Counted from the first letter of the stretch, positions 28,664 to 37,938 are shown. The stretch is 57,177 nucleotides of DNA from a virus (IMGVR_UViG_3300020442_001429:1-57177), one strand, 5' to 3'. Translations and numbers: made by a program. Notes: a model not told the origin generated them from the sequence alone.

Positions 28664-28903
28664 TTAGTCTGTTTCTTTTACGAAAGCGTTCAGCTCCCTA
28701 GCTACTGCTATTACTTCCTTAGCAGTAATAGGTTCTAAACAACTTGTTGGAAAATCTGGATAAGCAACATCTCGTTGTTCCAAACTTCTTTGAACGTTAT
28801 TGTGATAAGCATCTAGTTTAAAGCTTCTATTTTGCTCTAAAATACATTGTGCTTGGTTGAGTAAATCGGCTCTAATTTCAAAGCCATTTCTATTATTTGA
28901 CAT
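28664..28903 (-). CDS. hypothetical phage protein
   Basis: MSNNRNGFEIRADLL...EVIAVARELNAFV; AGGAG RBS before ATG 28903 (track start 28942). Confidence 0.75.
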   Translation of the reverse strand: MSNNRNGFEIRADLLNQAQCILEQNRSFKLDAYHNNVQRSLEQRDVAYPDFPTSCLEPITAKEVIAVARELNAFVKETD

Positions 28904-28972
28904 ATTTTTCTCCTGTGTGTGTGTCTTGTCCTTTGTGGACAAAATTATTTATTCCTTTGGTTGTCTACCTAA

Positions 28973-29006
28973 TTGACATCTGGTTAGATAGAAAGTATTA
29001 TAAATA
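28973..29006 (+). promoter_or_regulatory. overlapping sigma70 and late promoters upstream of iscU
   Basis: TTGACA (28973-28978), 17 bp, TATTAT (28996-29001); TATAAATA at 28999-29006. Confidence 0.7.
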
Positions 29007-29025
29007 CTATTGCTAAGGAGGAAAT

Positions 29026-29493
29026 ATGGCATATTCGAAAGAAGTAGTAAAAAGATTTGAGGAAGTAACAAACAATCCTGCTGCACATGGTGTAGGACGC
29101 TTTGATCCTAAAGACCCTAATGTAGCTACAGGACTTACAGGCGCCCCAGCGTGTGGTGATGTAATGAAGTTAGATCTAAAATTAAATCCTGATACTGACG
29201 TTATTGAAGATGTTAAATTTAAAACCTATGGCTGTGGTAGTGCTATTGCTAGCTCTAGTATGTTCGTTGAAATGCTAACAGGACTTACAATAGAAGAAGC
29301 AAAACAAATAAAAGATAAAGACATTGCCACTGCATTGGATTTACCACCAATCAAAATACATTGTTCTGTATTAGCAGAGGATAGTATTAAGAAAGCAATA
29401 GAAGATTGGGAAGAAAAGAAAGCAGGACGTAACTCTACTTGGATGGAAAAAATGGGTGCTAAACCTAGAGAGGGAGAAACTATTGCAAGCTAG
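29026..29493 (+). CDS. iscU: Fe-S cluster scaffold IscU
   Basis: GAPACGDVMKL, FKTYGCGSAIASSS, LPPIKIHCSVLAED. Confidence 0.95.
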   Translation: MAYSKEVVKRFEEVTNNPAAHGVGRFDPKDPNVATGLTGAPACGDVMKLDLKLNPDTDVIEDVKFKTYGCGSAIASSSMFVEMLTGLTIEEAKQIKDKDIATALDLPPIKIHCSVLAEDSIKKAIEDWEEKKAGRNSTWMEKMGAKPREGETIAS

Positions 29494-29857
29494 TCAATTT
29501 GACCCTAACAGTTTAATTGCTACATCTAGACCACCTTTAGTGGACTTTACAGATGAGGCACTTCAACAAGTTATGGAAAGATTAGAAAAGAATAATTCTA
29601 AAGGTATTCACTTTGGATTGACAGGCGGAGGTTGTGCAGGATTTTCTTATGTTTTTAATTATGCTAATGGACCAGCATCAGAAACTGATATAGAAATTGA
29701 TTTCGGAAAATTTAAAGTATGGATGGATGTAATGTCTGAGATGTACTTAGCAGGGACAATTATATCATGGAAAGTGGAAGGACTTAATGAAGGATTTGAA
29801 TTTATAAATCCTGCTGAACAATCTGCTTGCGGATGTGGAGTTAGCGTATCGTTTTAG
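29483..29857 (+). CDS. iscA: A-type Fe-S carrier (IscA/HesB family)
   Basis: GGGCAGFSY, F.F.NP, CGCGVS; track start 29456. Confidence 0.9.
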   Translation: MQASQFDPNSLIATSRPPLVDFTDEALQQVMERLEKNNSKGIHFGLTGGGCAGFSYVFNYANGPASETDIEIDFGKFKVWMDVMSEMYLAGTIISWKVEGLNEGFEFINPAEQSACGCGVSVSF

Positions 29858-29866
29858 GAGTATATA

Positions 29867-30022
29867 ATGGCGAGAACGTGGGCGAAAATAACGCACAGAG
29901 CAACAAAAAAGGCATCATCACAAGGTGTTGGTGGAAGAGGTAGAAGTGTAAAATGTTCTACTTCATCAATGAACAAACATAAAAAGAGAAGTTATAAAAA
30001 ATACAGAGGACAAGGTAGATGA
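29867..30022 (+). CDS. small basic protein, 51 aa (not in ORF track)
   Basis: MARTWAK...SSMNKHKKRSYKKYRGQGR*; AGGAG RBS; ATGA overlap with gp3. Confidence 0.75.
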   Translation: MARTWAKITHRATKKASSQGVGGRGRSVKCSTSSMNKHKKRSYKKYRGQGR

Positions 30023-30612
30023 CACTTACAAATATTAACAACATTACGGAAGCTTCATTCACAGCAAATAATCCAGGTGAGTTGGATTATCTAAAACCTA
30101 ATGGATTTAAATTTCAAATACATAATATCCCTAATGTTAGTTATTTTTGTCAAGCGGCAAATATACCAGAAATTAATTTGCCCCCAGCAGATCAACCTAC
30201 ACCACTTGTAGATGTCCCTTTACCAGGTGACAAGCTACAGTTTGGTACGTTGATGATTAGGTTCCTTATACAAGAAGACATGACAAATTATAAGGAACTA
30301 TATGATTGGTTAATTGGATTAGGGTTTCCAAGTGACCATAAACAGTACGCAAGTTATGGTACTCAACAGGAATATAGATTTCCTGATATAGATCCTAAAA
30401 AACAACAAGCATTGGGACAATTCTCAGATGCTACTTTATTTGTATTGGATTCTAATAATAACCCTATTGTTCAGTTTACATTCAGAGACTTGTTTCCTGT
30501 TAGTTTACAGGGATTAGACTTTGAGATATATACAGGAAGCACAGAGTATATGACAGGTGTAGGTATGTTTAGGTACAAAGACTACACAATTACAACGGCT
30601 TCTGGTATATAA
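30019..30612 (+). CDS. gp3: tail tube terminator / tail completion gp3
   Basis: YL.PNGFKF, YFCQAANIP, PGDKL, EDMTNYKELYDW, SDATL, FPVSL. Confidence 0.9.
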   Translation: MTLTNINNITEASFTANNPGELDYLKPNGFKFQIHNIPNVSYFCQAANIPEINLPPADQPTPLVDVPLPGDKLQFGTLMIRFLIQEDMTNYKELYDWLIGLGFPSDHKQYASYGTQQEYRFPDIDPKKQQALGQFSDATLFVLDSNNNPIVQFTFRDLFPVSLQGLDFEIYTGSTEYMTGVGMFRYKDYTITTASGI

Positions 30613-30617
30613 AATAC

Positions 30618-30646
30618 TTGACATTTACTTTACTAGGTCCTATAAT
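30618..30646 (+). promoter_or_regulatory. consensus sigma70 promoter upstream of uvsY
   Basis: TTGACA-17bp-TATAAT. Confidence 0.85.
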
Positions 30647-30654
30647 ACTATATT

Positions 30655-31101
30655 ATGAAAATATCACTTGAATATCTACAAGAAGAATGGCAAAAGGATT
30701 GTAAGTTAGACGAACTTAACTTAGGTGGCGACTCTACGAAACAACCAGAACTCCATGCCAAATATCTTAATTACTTAACAACTTTAAAGCTCCAGGCAAG
30801 AAAGGCTAAGAGTACATTGTTGTCTTTGAGACGTTTGAAGTGGCAATATTATAGAGGTGAATTGGACCAAAGACAACTTAATGAATTGGGTTGGGAACAG
30901 TATTTAGGTAATGCGCCTCTTAACAATCAGATGAATGATTATTTAGACACAGATCCAGATGTAATAAAACAAACAGACAAAGTAGAGTATTTAGACACTT
31001 GTTTACTACAATGTGAAAGTATTCTTAAGGCAGTTGGTAGCAGAGGGTTTGATATTAGAAACGCAATAGAATGGACTAAGTTTACAAATGGATTACTATA
31101 A
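30655..31101 (+). CDS. uvsY: recombination mediator UvsY
   Basis: W.KD...D, PELHAKYL, YYRG, RGFDIRNAIEW.KF; precedes uvsW. Confidence 0.88.
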   Translation: MKISLEYLQEEWQKDCKLDELNLGGDSTKQPELHAKYLNYLTTLKLQARKAKSTLLSLRRLKWQYYRGELDQRQLNELGWEQYLGNAPLNNQMNDYLDTDPDVIKQTDKVEYLDTCLLQCESILKAVGSRGFDIRNAIEWTKFTNGLL

Positions 31102-31567
31102 ACCAAGACCTCTACCAATGGCGATATTTACAGATAAATTTGCTGTATTAGCAGGACCTCGTTCAGGTTCAACAAAATTACAACACGAATTTCCAGACGC
31201 ACACATAGGTACATTTGATGAGTGGAAAGAAACAAACTTAAGACGTATCGCTATATTAAGACAGCCTATACATAGATATTTTAGCGTTAAAAGAATGGAA
31301 AAACACGCAGAACATTTAAAAGCAACAGAATGGTGGGTTCCTAATTACTGTGAACAATTACAAGATGTTAATTTTGAATACATAATGTTTGGAGAATTTT
31401 CAGATTATGTAGGAGACGTAAAAGTAGGAACAACATTAACAACAGGTGTCAATCTTAATGACATGATTGACGATGAAATGATGAGACCAGAAATGGATGC
31501 GTATCATAAACTTATAACAACAAGACAAAAAATAAGCGTAAAGGATTGGCGTGATCTCTGTAAGTAA
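31088..31567 (+). CDS. hypothetical, sulfotransferase/P-loop-like
   Basis: AGPRSGST (5'-PSB-like) and LRQPIHRYFS (3'-PB-like). Confidence 0.45.
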   Translation: MDYYKPRPLPMAIFTDKFAVLAGPRSGSTKLQHEFPDAHIGTFDEWKETNLRRIAILRQPIHRYFSVKRMEKHAEHLKATEWWVPNYCEQLQDVNFEYIMFGEFSDYVGDVKVGTTLTTGVNLNDMIDDEMMRPEMDAYHKLITTRQKISVKDWRDLCK

Positions 31568-33020
31568 AAAGAACGAAGTACATTTAAAAGTACAAACAGA
31601 TCCTGGTATTGCTCAGGAACTATCTGACTTCTTTACATTTGAAGTGCCAGGCGCTCGCTTTATGCCTATGTATAAGAATAGAATGTGGGACGGCAAGGTT
31701 AGATTGTTTAGTATGTACACCAACGAACTATATGTTGGACTGCTAAAGTATTTAATTGACTTTGCTAATACATTAGAATATGATGTAGATGTAAAAATAG
31801 ATGACTTAGGAGAAGATGTAGACGTTGCAGGGTTTACAAAACTATTAAAGTTACAAAGTGGCGGTAAAGATATACAAATAAGAGATTATCAAATAGATGC
31901 TATACGACATGCACTAAAAAATACTAGGTCACTTTTATTAAGTCCTACGGCTAGTGGTAAATCATTAATTATTTACAGTTTAATTAGATACCATCAGTCA
32001 AGAGGACGTAGGCAACTCATAGTAGTACCAACAACTTCATTGGTAGAACAAATGTATGGAGACTTTCAGGACTACGCAACAGCAGATGAATGGAAAGCTC
32101 CTGAAAACTGTCATAGAATATATGGTGGTAAAGAAAAATCTAATGAATATCCTATTACTATTTCTACATGGCAATCTATATACAAGTTTCCTAAAAAATG
32201 GTTTGAAAAATTTGATGTTATCTATGGTGATGAAGCACACAATTTTAAATCGAAATCATTGACAACATTAATGAATAAATGTACTAATGCTCCTTATAGA
32301 ATAGGAACAACAGGAACATTAGACGGAACACAGACACATAAATTAGTATTAGAGGGTGTGTTTGGCCCTGTGTACAAAGTAACAACTACCAAGAAGTTAA
32401 TGGAGGACAAACAATTAGCAGATCTAAAAATCGTGTGTTGCACACTAAATTACAGCAAGGACGAAGAGCGCAAGTTTATTACCAAATCCACATATCAGGA
32501 AGAGATAGATTGGATAGTAACAAATCCAAAGAGAAACGAGATAATAAAAAATCTGACAATAGCTCAGGAAGGTAATACACTTGTTTTATTTCAATATGTA
32601 GAGAAACATGGTAAGGTTTTACATGAAATAATTAGTAAAGCAGTTAAAAAAGGCAGAAAAGTATTCTTTGTTTATGGTGGAACTGATACAGAAGTTAGAG
32701 AAGAGATACGTGCAATAACTGAGAAAGAAGATGACGCTATAATTATAGCATCATACGGCACATTTTCCACAGGCATAAATATAAGGAACCTACATAATAT
32801 TGTCTTTGCATCTCCAACAAAGAGTAGGATAAGAAATCTACAAAGTATAGGTAGAGGACTTAGAAGAGGAGATCAAAAGGTACAATGTAAATTATTTGAT
32901 ATAGGAGATGATTTGTCCTGGAAGTCCAAGAAAAATTATACATTAAATCACTTAATAGAAAGGGTAAAAATTTATAACGAAGAAGGTTTCGATTATAAGT
33001 TAGTAAAAATAGATGTCTGA
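31551..33020 (+). CDS. uvsW: SF2 DNA helicase UvsW
   Basis: RDYQ, SPTASGKS, DEAH, TGT, QSIGRGLR. Confidence 0.96.
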   Translation: MISVSKKNEVHLKVQTDPGIAQELSDFFTFEVPGARFMPMYKNRMWDGKVRLFSMYTNELYVGLLKYLIDFANTLEYDVDVKIDDLGEDVDVAGFTKLLKLQSGGKDIQIRDYQIDAIRHALKNTRSLLLSPTASGKSLIIYSLIRYHQSRGRRQLIVVPTTSLVEQMYGDFQDYATADEWKAPENCHRIYGGKEKSNEYPITISTWQSIYKFPKKWFEKFDVIYGDEAHNFKSKSLTTLMNKCTNAPYRIGTTGTLDGTQTHKLVLEGVFGPVYKVTTTKKLMEDKQLADLKIVCCTLNYSKDEERKFITKSTYQEEIDWIVTNPKRNEIIKNLTIAQEGNTLVLFQYVEKHGKVLHEIISKAVKKGRKVFFVYGGTDTEVREEIRAITEKEDDAIIIASYGTFSTGINIRNLHNIVFASPTKSRIRNLQSIGRGLRRGDQKVQCKLFDIGDDLSWKSKKNYTLNHLIERVKIYNEEGFDYKLVKIDV

Positions 33021-33435
33021 GATAACGGTACTAAAATTAATAGACGGCTCCACGGTTGTGGGAAGAGTAACTCAGGGTGTAGATGTTTACGAAATAGAAC
33101 ACCCTATTGAAATAGTAAGTCATATGAGTATTAGTAGGGGAGTTATAGGAGAACAATTAAGTTTACGTCCGTGGATAGCGTTCTCAGATACAGGAGTTTT
33201 TACAATAGACAGAATTAATGTGTTAGCGATAACAGGTTTAGATCAAAAGTATGAGGCAGGTTACACAAATATAGTAGAGGCCACATATTTAAATGAAAAT
33301 GTTTATGTCGAAGAATTACCTAAAGCGGCAGATTTACCAACAAATGCTGACATGGGTTATGATCCAATGGACGATATAGATTTAGAAACATTAGCAGAAT
33401 ACGCTGACGCACACATAAAGAAAAAGATACATTAG
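33013..33435 (+). CDS. conserved hypothetical between uvsW and gp55
   Basis: LKLIDGS.VVG...PWI Sm-like pattern; typical position in marine T4-like phages. Confidence 0.7.
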   Translation: MSEITVLKLIDGSTVVGRVTQGVDVYEIEHPIEIVSHMSISRGVIGEQLSLRPWIAFSDTGVFTIDRINVLAITGLDQKYEAGYTNIVEATYLNENVYVEELPKAADLPTNADMGYDPMDDIDLETLAEYADAHIKKKIH

Positions 33436-33444
33436 GAGTATATT

Positions 33445-34032
33445 ATGGCAAAAAGACGTGATCCAAATTCATCACACTATATAAACAATAAGGAATTTCT
33501 ACAAGCTATGACAGAGTTTAGAAAAATCCGTATTGAAGCAGAAGATAGTGGAGATGACAGACCGCAAGTACCTAATTATATTGGTGAGTGCTTTGTTAAA
33601 ATAGCAAATCACTTGGCATATAAAGCAAACTTTGTAAATTATACATTTAGAGATGAAATGATTCTAGATGGTATTGAAAATTGTCTTACATATATGGACA
33701 ACTTTGATCCTGAAAAATCTAACAATCCTTTTGCGTACTTTACACAAATCACATACTATGCTTTCATTAGACGTATCCAGAAAGAGAAACGTCATATGGA
33801 AACAAAGTTCAAATACATTCAAAGTTTGGATATAGAGCAACTTCTTGAAGAAGGTGAAGGAAGTACAGAGTATGTTACTTATATGAAAAATATAATTGAC
33901 CAAGCTCAAGCAGACGAGAAGAAAGCTAATGAGGCAAACAAAGGCAAAAAGATGCCTAAGCGTAGGCCAAAATATTTGGATGAAAAAATCAAAGCAGAAG
34001 AAGCGGCTGCTAAGAAAAAACAAAACGGTTAA
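33445..34032 (+). CDS. gp55: late transcription sigma factor gp55
   Basis: HYINNKEF, NFVNYTFRDEMI.DGIENC, NPFAYFTQI.YYAF.RRIQKEK. Confidence 0.96.
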   Translation: MAKRRDPNSSHYINNKEFLQAMTEFRKIRIEAEDSGDDRPQVPNYIGECFVKIANHLAYKANFVNYTFRDEMILDGIENCLTYMDNFDPEKSNNPFAYFTQITYYAFIRRIQKEKRHMETKFKYIQSLDIEQLLEEGEGSTEYVTYMKNIIDQAQADEKKANEANKGKKMPKRRPKYLDEKIKAEEAAAKKKQNG

Positions 34033-34077
34033 ATTGACTCTTGATTATAGCTTCTATAATCATATATAATACTCAAC

Positions 34078-34959
34078 ATGGCAAAACTTAGATATAGCGA
34101 AGCATTTTATTCAGTACAAGGTGAAGGAAGATTTGTAGGTGTTCCTAGTATTTTCCTTAGGGTGTTTGGTTGCAACTTTGAATGTAGAGGTTTTGGTCAG
34201 GAACGAGGTAAACTTATTCCTGTAGAAGAAATGCCCTATATGACAGATCCTAGAGCAGAAAAGGATAATGAAATAGCATATAAAAGTATCGAAGAACTTC
34301 CTGTTACGCCTATAGGTTGTGATAGTTCAGCATCTTGGGCGATGAAATACAAACATTTACAATTAACAAAGACAATAGACGAGGTGTTCGAACATATCGT
34401 TAGTTTACTTCCTAATGGTAAATTTGATGAGAGAGAAGATATACATTTAGTTATTACAGGTGGCGAACCTTTATTAGGTTGGCAAAGAGTTTGGCCTGAA
34501 CTATTAGAAATGTGTAAAGAAGTAGGTTTAAAGAATGTAACATTTGAAACAAATGGAACACAGAACTTACAACAACAATTTATAGATTATTTAAATGAAG
34601 ATGGAAAAGACATTCATATTACATGGTCAACATCTCCTAAATTATCTATCTCAGGTGAGGATCAATTCGATGCCCTTATTCCTGAAGCACTATTAGATAT
34701 GAACAAGGTAACTAACAGTCATTTATATAATAAATTTGTCGTTAGAGACTATATAGATTTTGAAGAAGTAGATTTATTTGTTGATGAATATAAATCTGCT
34801 GGTGTTGTTCTGGATGCAGTTTATTGCATGCCAGAAGGCGCAACATTGGAACAACAAGCCCTAACAGAAAAGGATGTTGCAGAAGCCTGTATGAAAACAG
34901 GTTACAAGTTTAGTCCAAGGTTGCATATTACATTATTCGGGAACGCATGGGGAACATAG
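34078..34959 (+). CDS. queE: 7-carboxy-7-deazaguanine synthase QueE (radical SAM)
   Basis: EAFYSVQGEG..G.P..FLR..GC, CDS, ITGGEP, ETNG, SPK, SPRLH. Confidence 0.92.
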   Translation: MAKLRYSEAFYSVQGEGRFVGVPSIFLRVFGCNFECRGFGQERGKLIPVEEMPYMTDPRAEKDNEIAYKSIEELPVTPIGCDSSASWAMKYKHLQLTKTIDEVFEHIVSLLPNGKFDEREDIHLVITGGEPLLGWQRVWPELLEMCKEVGLKNVTFETNGTQNLQQQFIDYLNEDGKDIHITWSTSPKLSISGEDQFDALIPEALLDMNKVTNSHLYNKFVVRDYIDFEEVDLFVDEYKSAGVVLDAVYCMPEGATLEQQALTEKDVAEACMKTGYKFSPRLHITLFGNAWGT

Positions 34960-35372
34960 ACGTAACTTGGAATACAATAAACGAACAAGTAGAACACATT
35001 AGTGATTTGGTAAAACAGAATAATATTGACATGATTGTTGGTATTGCAAGAGGAGGACTGGTACCAGCAGTAATGGTATCCAACAGAACAAAGGTTCCTA
35101 TGCAAAGTTTAGAGTGGCAAACAAGAGACGGAAACGGAACAGACAGGAAGAAACTTATAGAATTACAACTTGATAAATATAATTGTCTGTTCATAGATGA
35201 TATATGTGATACAGGTAAAACAATTTTTGGTATCCGAGAAGTATTTCCTGGTGCTAAGTTTGCTGTTTTATTTAACAAAATGGTTGACATGGAGCTTGAC
35301 TTTGAAGGAGTAAGACTCTATAATAATACACAATATCAAATAAAGCAATGGATAAACTTTCCGTGGGAATGA
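34947..35372 (+). CDS. type I purine phosphoribosyltransferase (Gpt-like)
   Basis: GIARGGLVPA, IDDICDTGKT (PRPP-binding loop), WINFPWE. Confidence 0.88.
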   Translation: MGNIDVTWNTINEQVEHISDLVKQNNIDMIVGIARGGLVPAVMVSNRTKVPMQSLEWQTRDGNGTDRKKLIELQLDKYNCLFIDDICDTGKTIFGIREVFPGAKFAVLFNKMVDMELDFEGVRLYNNTQYQIKQWINFPWE

Positions 35373-35380
35373 ACAGAATG

Positions 35381-35388
35381 TATAAATA
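35381..35388 (+). promoter_or_regulatory. late promoter upstream of folE
   Basis: TATAAATA followed by the hairpin GCAAC-ACAAAG-GTTGC. Confidence 0.6.
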
Positions 35389-35449
35389 TAAGGCAACACA
35401 AAGGTTGCAAATTTTAAAAACTATATCCGTGTTAGGAAGGAGAAAATAA

Positions 35450-36124
35450 ATGGCTTTTAATAAGACAAAAACTGACCCTGAATTGGGTCTTAAAATTCAC
35501 GAACACTTAGTCAAGTGTGGAGTAGAAACCCCCGTAGTAGATAATGGACTCACTCGTACAGAGAAGATTGAGATTATCAAAGATAAATTTACTGACATTA
35601 TGAATGTTATGGGACTAGATTTATCTGATGACAGTCTTATGGACACACCTAATCGTGTCGCTAAGATGTATATTAACGAGATCTTTTGGGGTCTAGATTA
35701 CGAGGCGTTTCCTAAATGTACAGCAGTTGAAAACAAAATGGAATATGAAAGTATGGTTGTTGAACGTAACATAAATGTTCAATCCAACTGTGAACATCAT
35801 TTTGTAGTCATTGATGGCGTAGGAACTGTGGCGTATATTCCAAACAAAAAGGTTTTAGGATTAAGTAAACTTAATCGTATAGTAGAATACTTTGCTAAGA
35901 GACCACAAATACAAGAACGTTTGACAGAACAAGTATATTATGCACTACAATACATTCTCGATACAGATAATATTGCAGTAGTTATAGATGCTCAACATTA
36001 TTGCGTAAAGAGTCGTGGTGTAGAAGACGTAGGTTCGTCTACTATTACAAGTAAACTAGGTGGAGGGTTCAAAGATGACCCAGCACTTAGAGCAGAGTTT
36101 ATGAACTTGATTGCTAGAAAGTAA
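35450..36124 (+). CDS. folE: GTP cyclohydrolase I
   Basis: TPNRVAKMY, CEHH, GLSKLNR, RPQIQERLT, HYC..SRG. Confidence 0.96.
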   Translation: MAFNKTKTDPELGLKIHEHLVKCGVETPVVDNGLTRTEKIEIIKDKFTDIMNVMGLDLSDDSLMDTPNRVAKMYINEIFWGLDYEAFPKCTAVENKMEYESMVVERNINVQSNCEHHFVVIDGVGTVAYIPNKKVLGLSKLNRIVEYFAKRPQIQERLTEQVYYALQYILDTDNIAVVIDAQHYCVKSRGVEDVGSSTITSKLGGGFKDDPALRAEFMNLIARK

Positions 36125-36142
36125 ATTACAAAATTTTATATT

Positions 36143-36676
36143 ATGGACATTAATAAACCTCATATAGTCGTTGATTTGGAAACATTAAGCACACGCTCTA
36201 ATGCGTGTATAGTTTCTATTGGCGCTGTTAGAATAGAAAACTTAGAAATAGTAGATGAGTTTTTTGTGAACGTAGATCCTATGACTTGTAAAGAAGCAGG
36301 ATTACACATACAAAAAAGCACAGTAGATTGGTGGGCAGAACAACCAAAAGATATTAGACAGGCGTGGCAAAAAGATCCTGTTCCATTAGATGAGGCATTA
36401 GATAAGTTTCAAAAGTTTTATGGTTGGGATAGTATTCCTATTTGGGGATATGGTGCCAACTTTGATGTTGTAATATTAGAAAATGCTATGACACTATCAG
36501 GTTGGAATGAAAACAAAAGTGAAATGGAACGTTACCCCTGGAAATTTTGGGACATTTATTGTTTAAGAACATTAATGAACGTGTTGAATAAAAAGTTACC
36601 TAAGGCAAACAATCATAATGCTTTAGATGATGCAGTAGCAGAAGCTAATATGCTTATAGAGATATTAAAATCATGA
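36143..36676 (+). CDS. DEDDh 3'-5' exonuclease
   Basis: DLETL, GANFD, HNALDDA. Confidence 0.85.
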   Translation: MDINKPHIVVDLETLSTRSNACIVSIGAVRIENLEIVDEFFVNVDPMTCKEAGLHIQKSTVDWWAEQPKDIRQAWQKDPVPLDEALDKFQKFYGWDSIPIWGYGANFDVVILENAMTLSGWNENKSEMERYPWKFWDIYCLRTLMNVLNKKLPKANNHNALDDAVAEANMLIEILKS

Positions 36677-37938
36677 ATAAAAAATTAGAATATGTAGTAT
36701 CAGGCACAAGTTATATGCGCCTAAGTAATCCACAAATTGCTAATGATGAAACCAATTCAGGTATTGTTAGAACACTGATAGAAAAATTAGTACAGGACAA
36801 ACATCATCACAAATTTAGCATGCTATACAACGGACATACAGAGTCAGGCTTTGGTGAACGATTTAAATCTTACAGAGAATCTATACACCAAGTTCATGTT
36901 GACTCAGGTGGTCTTCAGGTTGTTACACAAGGACTAGATTTAACTGATGAACTAAAAGAAAAGGTATATCGAAACCAAGCACAGTTTGGAGATATCGGTA
37001 TGTGCTTTGATGAGATTCCTGTAATACTTACAGGCGAAAGGTCAGAACGTAATGATGTAAAACAAAGGTTCTTTGACTTTGAAAACTATGAGGAGATGGC
37101 AAGAGCTACAGGTAGAAACATTAAAAGGCAATTAGAAATATTTGATGAAGAAGAAAGTAATTGTAAGCCCTTTATTATTCTACAAGGTAATTGTGTTGAT
37201 ACATATCTTCGTTGGTATGAATGTTTGCTATCAGAAATACCTGAACAATGGCATGATAGATTAGGCGGTATTGCAATGGGAGCAGCAGGACTAGGAACAG
37301 GTCCATTAGAAGATGTAAAAAGAGCTTTTATTGCTAGTGAAATAGAAAAAGTTTGGACACAAGATAAAATGCACTTACACGTCTTAGGAGTAGGAAGTAT
37401 TAGACGTATGTTGCCTTATTTGGTGTTCACACAGAATGGTTTATACAAAGATGTAGATATATCATATGACTCTACAACACATAGTAGAGCTGTAGAAACA
37501 GGTTTATTTTATATGGGTACAGGTACAACTAAGTTTTCCAGACAAATGAGTAATTTGTATAGAGAAATGTACGATAATTGCACACAGGAAGTCAATTTAG
37601 GTGTAGATCTTGACACATTTTACAAGATGTTGAACACACCAAGCACAAAGGCAAAAGAAGAATGGGGCGACTTACATCAATGGATATATGTAAGAACAGC
37701 ATTTACACTTATGTCTATCAAAAACTTTATGTCACATTTAGAAACAATGTTATTGGATAAAGATACCCTAATTAAGTTTACGGGTAAAATGAAACTTGAC
37801 GGACAGTTCCGTAATCTCTATAATGTAAACAATAGACAGGACTTTGACTATTGGGAGAACAATCAATACTTAGGAGGTATGATGAAGTCAATGTCCGTGG
37901 CGAAGGAAGCGCCAATTAATTTGGAGGAACTATTTTGA
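36673..37938 (+). CDS. dpdA: TGT-fold base-exchange enzyme, DpdA-like DNA 7-deazaguanine transglycosylase
   Basis: VDSGG, FDEIP, LQG, GGIAMG, HVLGVG, YDS: TGT catalytic motifs; inside the que/fol cluster. Confidence 0.75.
   Translation: MNKKLEYVVSGTSYMRLSNPQIANDETNSGIVRTLIEKLVQDKHHHKFSMLYNGHTESGFGERFKSYRESIHQVHVDSGGLQVVTQGLDLTDELKEKVYRNQAQFGDIGMCFDEIPVILTGERSERNDVKQRFFDFENYEEMARATGRNIKRQLEIFDEEESNCKPFIILQGNCVDTYLRWYECLLSEIPEQWHDRLGGIAMGAAGLGTGPLEDVKRAFIASEIEKVWTQDKMHLHVLGVGSIRRMLPYLVFTQNGLYKDVDISYDSTTHSRAVETGLFYMGTGTTKFSRQMSNLYREMYDNCTQEVNLGVDLDTFYKMLNTPSTKAKEEWGDLHQWIYVRTAFTLMSIKNFMSHLETMLLDKDTLIKFTGKMKLDGQFRNLYNVNNRQDFDYWENNQYLGGMMKSMSVAKEAPINLEELF

Noticed and set aside
28432-30019. Absence of gp24 after gp23
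   Set aside because: Common in marine T4-like phages, and it could lie outside the window.
18155-33020. Introns, inteins, recoded stops or tRNAs in core genes
   Set aside because: gp17, gp20, gp23 and uvsW are uninterrupted and of normal length in the standard code. No tRNA cloverleaf was recognised by eye; tRNAscan was not run.
35393-35425. preQ1-I riboswitch upstream of folE (hairpin plus AAAAACTA tail)
   Set aside because: The loop ACAAAG is too short and lacks the bases needed to pair with the tail; no queC or queF here to make preQ1.
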